DNA of 64,000 nucleotides, taken from assembly GCA_022508345.1 (NCBI GenBank), contig JAFLVK010000002.1, forward strand, positions 151,510-215,509, given 5' to 3'. The notes under the pieces are model-generated. The model did no database searches. It was not told where the DNA came from and saw only the letters and a list, made by a program, of their open reading frames with translations. Source of the stretch: Clostridiales bacterium. Lineage in GTDB: Bacteria; Bacillota; Clostridia; Christensenellales; CAG-314. Positions within the stretch are counted from its first letter, which is position 1; every line of letters starts with the position of its first letter. This document shows positions 60,654 through 64,000 of this stretch, piece by piece. Position numbers and translations under genes: made by a program.

Positions 60654-61278
60654 CGTGATTCTCCTTATAGTATTTGCATAAATGGCTCACGTGACACTCA
60701 CCGCACATTGGACGTTGCGACTTGCAAACGTATCTGCCGTGAAGCAAAATGTAGTGATGACTGTCCGCCCACTGATCTGACGGTATTGCTTGCATAAGCT
60801 GTTTTTCCGTGTCCAGTACGTTTGTGGCGTTTGCAATGCCCAGTCGGTTGGACACGCGGAAAACGTGCGTATCCACTGCAATAGCTTGTCCACCGAATGC
60901 AACCGCGTACACGACGTTAGCGGTTTTTCTGCCTACGCCTGCAAGCGTCCGCAGCTCCTCCAGCGTCGATGGTACAACACCGCCATAGCGCGTTACTATA
61001 TCCGTTGACATTTGCTTCAAGTAGGTTGCCTTGCTGTGGTAAAAACCGCAAGAGCGGATAAGCTCCTCTATTGTTTCCAGTGGCAATGCCGACATGGCTT
61101 GTGGAGTGGGCGCAACTGCAAACAGCGCTGGCGTAACCTGATTTACGCGCTTGTCTGTGCATTGCGCGGAAAGTATCACTGCTGTAAGCAACTCAAAGGG
61201 CGAGTTGAAAACCAACTCGCTCTTAGCGTTGGGGAAATCTTGTGATAGTATTTCTAAAATAGCTTTTGTATCTGCCAT
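60646..61278 (-). CDS. nth: Endonuclease III
   Basis: LSAQCTDKRVN, LAGVGRKTANV, VDTHV and C-X6-C-X2-C-X5-C motifs. Confidence 0.96.
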   Translation of the reverse strand: MADTKAILEILSQDFPNAKSELVFNSPFELLTAVILSAQCTDKRVNQVTPALFAVAPTPQAMSALPLETIEELIRSCGFYHSKATYLKQMSTDIVTRYGGVVPSTLEELRTLAGVGRKTANVVYAVAFGGQAIAVDTHVFRVSNRLGIANATNVLDTEKQLMQAIPSDQWADSHHYILLHGRYVCKSQRPMCGECHVSHLCKYYKENHVE

Positions 61279-61402
61279 ATGTCACTCGGGTATTCGTCTT
61301 GGAGCCTAGCGCAAGCGATGTCTGCAATCCGAACACCCTCGCTCCTGCATATATAGTATTTAAACTATATCATATTTGACAGTTTTTATCAACAGTTTGC
61401 AA

Positions 61403-61654
61403 CTAAATACGCGCCACCGTTGTACCGTACCCGGTGTTTCTCACAACGAAAAATCCAACAAATGTTTCGCCGCTTGCAAGCGCCTGACGGACGTGTGGGA
61501 AAACACTTTTGTCGAATTTCACAGACAGCCCGCAGCCGACGTTTGCGCTTCTCGGTGTGGACACAAGCGCGCACGTTACGCCGTTACCAAGCAAAAAATT
61601 GTACGCCCTGATTGAAACGCTCCTTGACCTGTAAACAGCAATTATATATTCCAT
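61403..61654 (-). CDS. Small DUF3343-like protein
   Basis: YRSRS..L..LVSTPR...GCGLSV pattern; GGAG RBS. Confidence 0.65.
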   Translation of the reverse strand: MEYIIAVYRSRSVSIRAYNFLLGNGVTCALVSTPRSANVGCGLSVKFDKSVFPHVRQALASGETFVGFFVVRNTGYGTTVARI

Positions 61655-61768
61655 AATATTCTCCTATGTAAAAGCGATACAATCTATGCTATGTAGTAGC
61701 ATACCATTGAATTATCCCCATAAAATATACTATTATCTTATGATTAAAAAAGTGTATGGAGAAGCAGA

Positions 61769-62902
61769 ATGATTTATCTCGACAACGCCGCAACCACCAA
61801 TTACAAGCCGCAGGAAGTAATTGATACTGTTACGGAATGTTTGACAAAGTATCCCTATAACCCCAACCGTAGCGGCAACAAGCTATCCTTGCAACTACAG
61901 CAAAAGCTGTACGACGCGCGGAGGAAGCTGCACCTGCTTTTGAGTAACGACAGCGAAATGCACGTTGCCTTTACAGGCGGTTGCACCGCTGCGCTGAATT
62001 TGGCAATTCTCGGCACGGCGTCCAAGGGGCACATAATAATTACCGCAACGGAACACAACTCGGTACTGCGCCCCGTTATGCAGCTCAAAAAGAAAGGCTA
62101 CGTTGATGTGTCGTTGGTACAACCGGACGAAAACGGGCAAATTTCCGCGCAGGAAATTGAGCGGTTGATACGACCCGACACGTACCTTATTTGTGTGTCG
62201 CACGCAAGTAATGTTACCGGCACGGCACAAAAAGTTGCGGATATTGGTGCCCTGGCACGGCGCAAGGACATCAAGCTACTGGTGGACTGTGCGCAAAGCA
62301 TAGGCTACTTCCCGTTGGATATGCTCAAATGCAACGTAGACATGGTAGCTATCGCCGCGCACAAGGGGTTGCACGCAATGCAAGGCGCAGGGGCGTTGAT
62401 ATTTTCCGAACGCGCCATTCCGCGCCCCATCAACTACGGCGGAACAGGCAGCGAAAGTCATTTGTACTACCAACCCAGCACCATTCCCGACAGCCTTGAA
62501 TCGGGCACCCTTCCCTGCCCTGCAATACTGGCAATGAACGCTGGTGTGGACTGGTGGCTGAAGAACTGGCAACCAAACCGCGACAATGTTGTGGAAATGC
62601 AGTCGACAATACTCAACGGGCTGAAAACAATCAAGAATGTCAAGGTCTACTCGCACGAAAACAAAAGCGGAATAGTTGCATTTAACATTGGCAACCGAGA
62701 CAGCACGGAGGTGAGCGACATTCTGTCAGAGCGCTACGACATTGCAGTACGCGGTGGGCTTCAATGCGCACCATTGATGCACAAGTATCTGGGCACGCTG
62801 GAACAGGGTGTTGTGCGCGCGTCGGTATCGTGCATCACAACAAAACAGGAATGCTACTCACTGCTCAACGCCGTGGAGCTTATCGCCAAAACCACAAACT
62901 GA
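61769..62902 (+). CDS. Cysteine desulfurase family (class V PLP enzyme)
   Basis: IYLDNAATT, EHNSV, DCAQS, AHKG, GT and RGGLQCAP motifs. Confidence 0.88.
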   Translation: MIYLDNAATTNYKPQEVIDTVTECLTKYPYNPNRSGNKLSLQLQQKLYDARRKLHLLLSNDSEMHVAFTGGCTAALNLAILGTASKGHIIITATEHNSVLRPVMQLKKKGYVDVSLVQPDENGQISAQEIERLIRPDTYLICVSHASNVTGTAQKVADIGALARRKDIKLLVDCAQSIGYFPLDMLKCNVDMVAIAAHKGLHAMQGAGALIFSERAIPRPINYGGTGSESHLYYQPSTIPDSLESGTLPCPAILAMNAGVDWWLKNWQPNRDNVVEMQSTILNGLKTIKNVKVYSHENKSGIVAFNIGNRDSTEVSDILSERYDIAVRGGLQCAPLMHKYLGTLEQGVVRASVSCITTKQECYSLLNAVELIAKTTN

Positions 62903-62924
62903 CAAAAGCACATTTGCAAAATAA

Positions 62925-62954
62925 AAAGCACTCTCTCAATTGAAAGAGTGCTTT
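62925..62954. terminator. Bidirectional terminator
   Basis: AAGCACTCT..AGAGTGCTT between convergent genes. Confidence 0.7.
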
Positions 62955-63001
62955 TGTTTACATTTTAAATATGTAGCCGTTTTGTTTTAGGCAACGGTAA
63001 A

Positions 63002-64000
63002 TTACTTCCTCAATGTACGAACAACCGTTCCGCCCACAAGTTCAATTTTCTGTACTGCTTCTTCCGAGAAGTCGTCTGCTTCCACTGTCAAGGGCATTTG
63101 AAGTACACCACGGGCAAGTACCTTGATGTATGTAACTCTTTGGTCGAAGCACGGAACGCGATTTTTAATTCTGGCAAGGGTTACCTTTTCGCCTGCATTG
63201 AAGTGGCGCGACAGTGTGTCAAGGTTGATAATGCCCGTTCTGGTTTTATCAACGTAACGGGGAGAGTCGTCCTCAACTTCTTCAACCACCTTTACTACAA
63301 CAGGCTTTGCAGGTTTTACAACAGGCTTCACAACAGGTTTTTCTTCTACCTTTTCTTCCACCTTTTCAACAGGTTCTTCTACTTTTTCCTCAACGGGTTC
63401 CTCTACGGGTTCTTCAACAGGCTCTTCTGCCGGTTCCTCTACAGGTTCTTCGATAACCTCTTCGGGTTCCTCTGCCATCAAAGCTTGAATTTCCTCTTCC
63501 GTAATTTCCTTTATGGGTTCCTCTTTACCTTTTGCACCAATCCTGCTGTACACAAGCTTGATGAGCTCGCGAGCAATCAGGTTTTCTGTGGTGTCGTACG
63601 GATATTCGTCGCTGAACTTAACAGGCTTTTTGTCCTGCTTTACTGCTTGTTGAGCGCTCATTACCGTAGCAATGAGATCCTTCGCGTAAAGGGAACGACG
63701 GTCGTTTTTGATAGCGTAAGCGCATGGCGTTTCAGCGTTAGCCTTTACGTTGCTCACGTCGTCCACCTTGTATTTGGTGTCAACGTAGTCGTTTGCGTTA
63801 AGGGGCAAATAAATACTAATGTGCTTACCGCGAATTTTAAGCAATGCAACAAGGACTTTACCTATACGGAAGCTTTCATGCTTCCATGATATACGCGACT
63901 TCACTCCCTTGTAGGAAAGAAGTTCGTTTTTAAGGCTGTCGTAGTATGCTCTCAGTTCGCTTTCACCTTGAATAACACGTGCCGTAAAGCTCTTGTCGTA
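63002..64000 (-). CDS. Large protein (5' part outside the window) with E/P/V-rich linker and C-terminal uL15-like domain
   Basis: Frame is open to the window edge (YDKSFTARVIQ..LKNELLSYKGVKSRISW); EEPV repeats; INLDTL..IKVLARG..LTVEADDFS..A..KIELVGG. Confidence 0.7.
   Translation of the reverse strand, partial: YDKSFTARVIQGESELRAYYDSLKNELLSYKGVKSRISWKHESFRIGKVLVALLKIRGKHISIYLPLNANDYVDTKYKVDDVSNVKANAETPCAYAIKNDRRSLYAKDLIATVMSAQQAVKQDKKPVKFSDEYPYDTTENLIARELIKLVYSRIGAKGKEEPIKEITEEEIQALMAEEPEEVIEEPVEEPAEEPVEEPVEEPVEEKVEEPVEKVEEKVEEKPVVKPVVKPAKPVVVKVVEEVEDDSPRYVDKTRTGIINLDTLSRHFNAGEKVTLARIKNRVPCFDQRVTYIKVLARGVLQMPLTVEADDFSEEAVQKIELVGGTVVRTLRK

Noticed and set aside
63330-63480. Repetitive DNA resembling an array
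   Set aside because: Explained by the coding EEPV/VKP repeats of the 63002-64000 gene.

Overview
Ordinary chromosomal DNA from a Firmicute. A gut Clostridia lineage is likely, but this is inferred only from gene content and promoter/RBS style. It holds about 57 CDSs, one tRNA-Asn(GTT) and an FMN riboswitch. Core genes include ssb, nadE, trmB, parE/parC-like, murG, murF-ddl, tsaEB-rimI, pfkA, potABCD, galK, glmS, typA, obgE, yhbY and nth. No transposase, integrase, CRISPR array or rRNA was seen. The most notable signals are: (1) a candidate WYL-activator regulon, in which a ~38-bp promoter motif (TGACA-N6-TG[T/G]CA then N12 then -10) occurs both beside a YafY-type WYL gene, upstream of an unannotated 57-aa ORF, and 23 kb away upstream of a LexA-boxed sigma-region-4-like gene; (2) a ~200-nt covarying structured repeat starting exactly at the stop codons of two ribosome GTPase genes (typA, obgE); (3) an ERIC-like hairpin repeat family abutting stop codons; (4) an XRE-HTH fused to glutamine-dependent NadE; (5) a nuclease-linked ABC importer cluster; (6) a cI/Cro-like switch with three operators next to a 5'-3' exonuclease; (7) a luxE-luxC pair without luciferase. 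All product calls come from motif recognition by eye; no database search was run.
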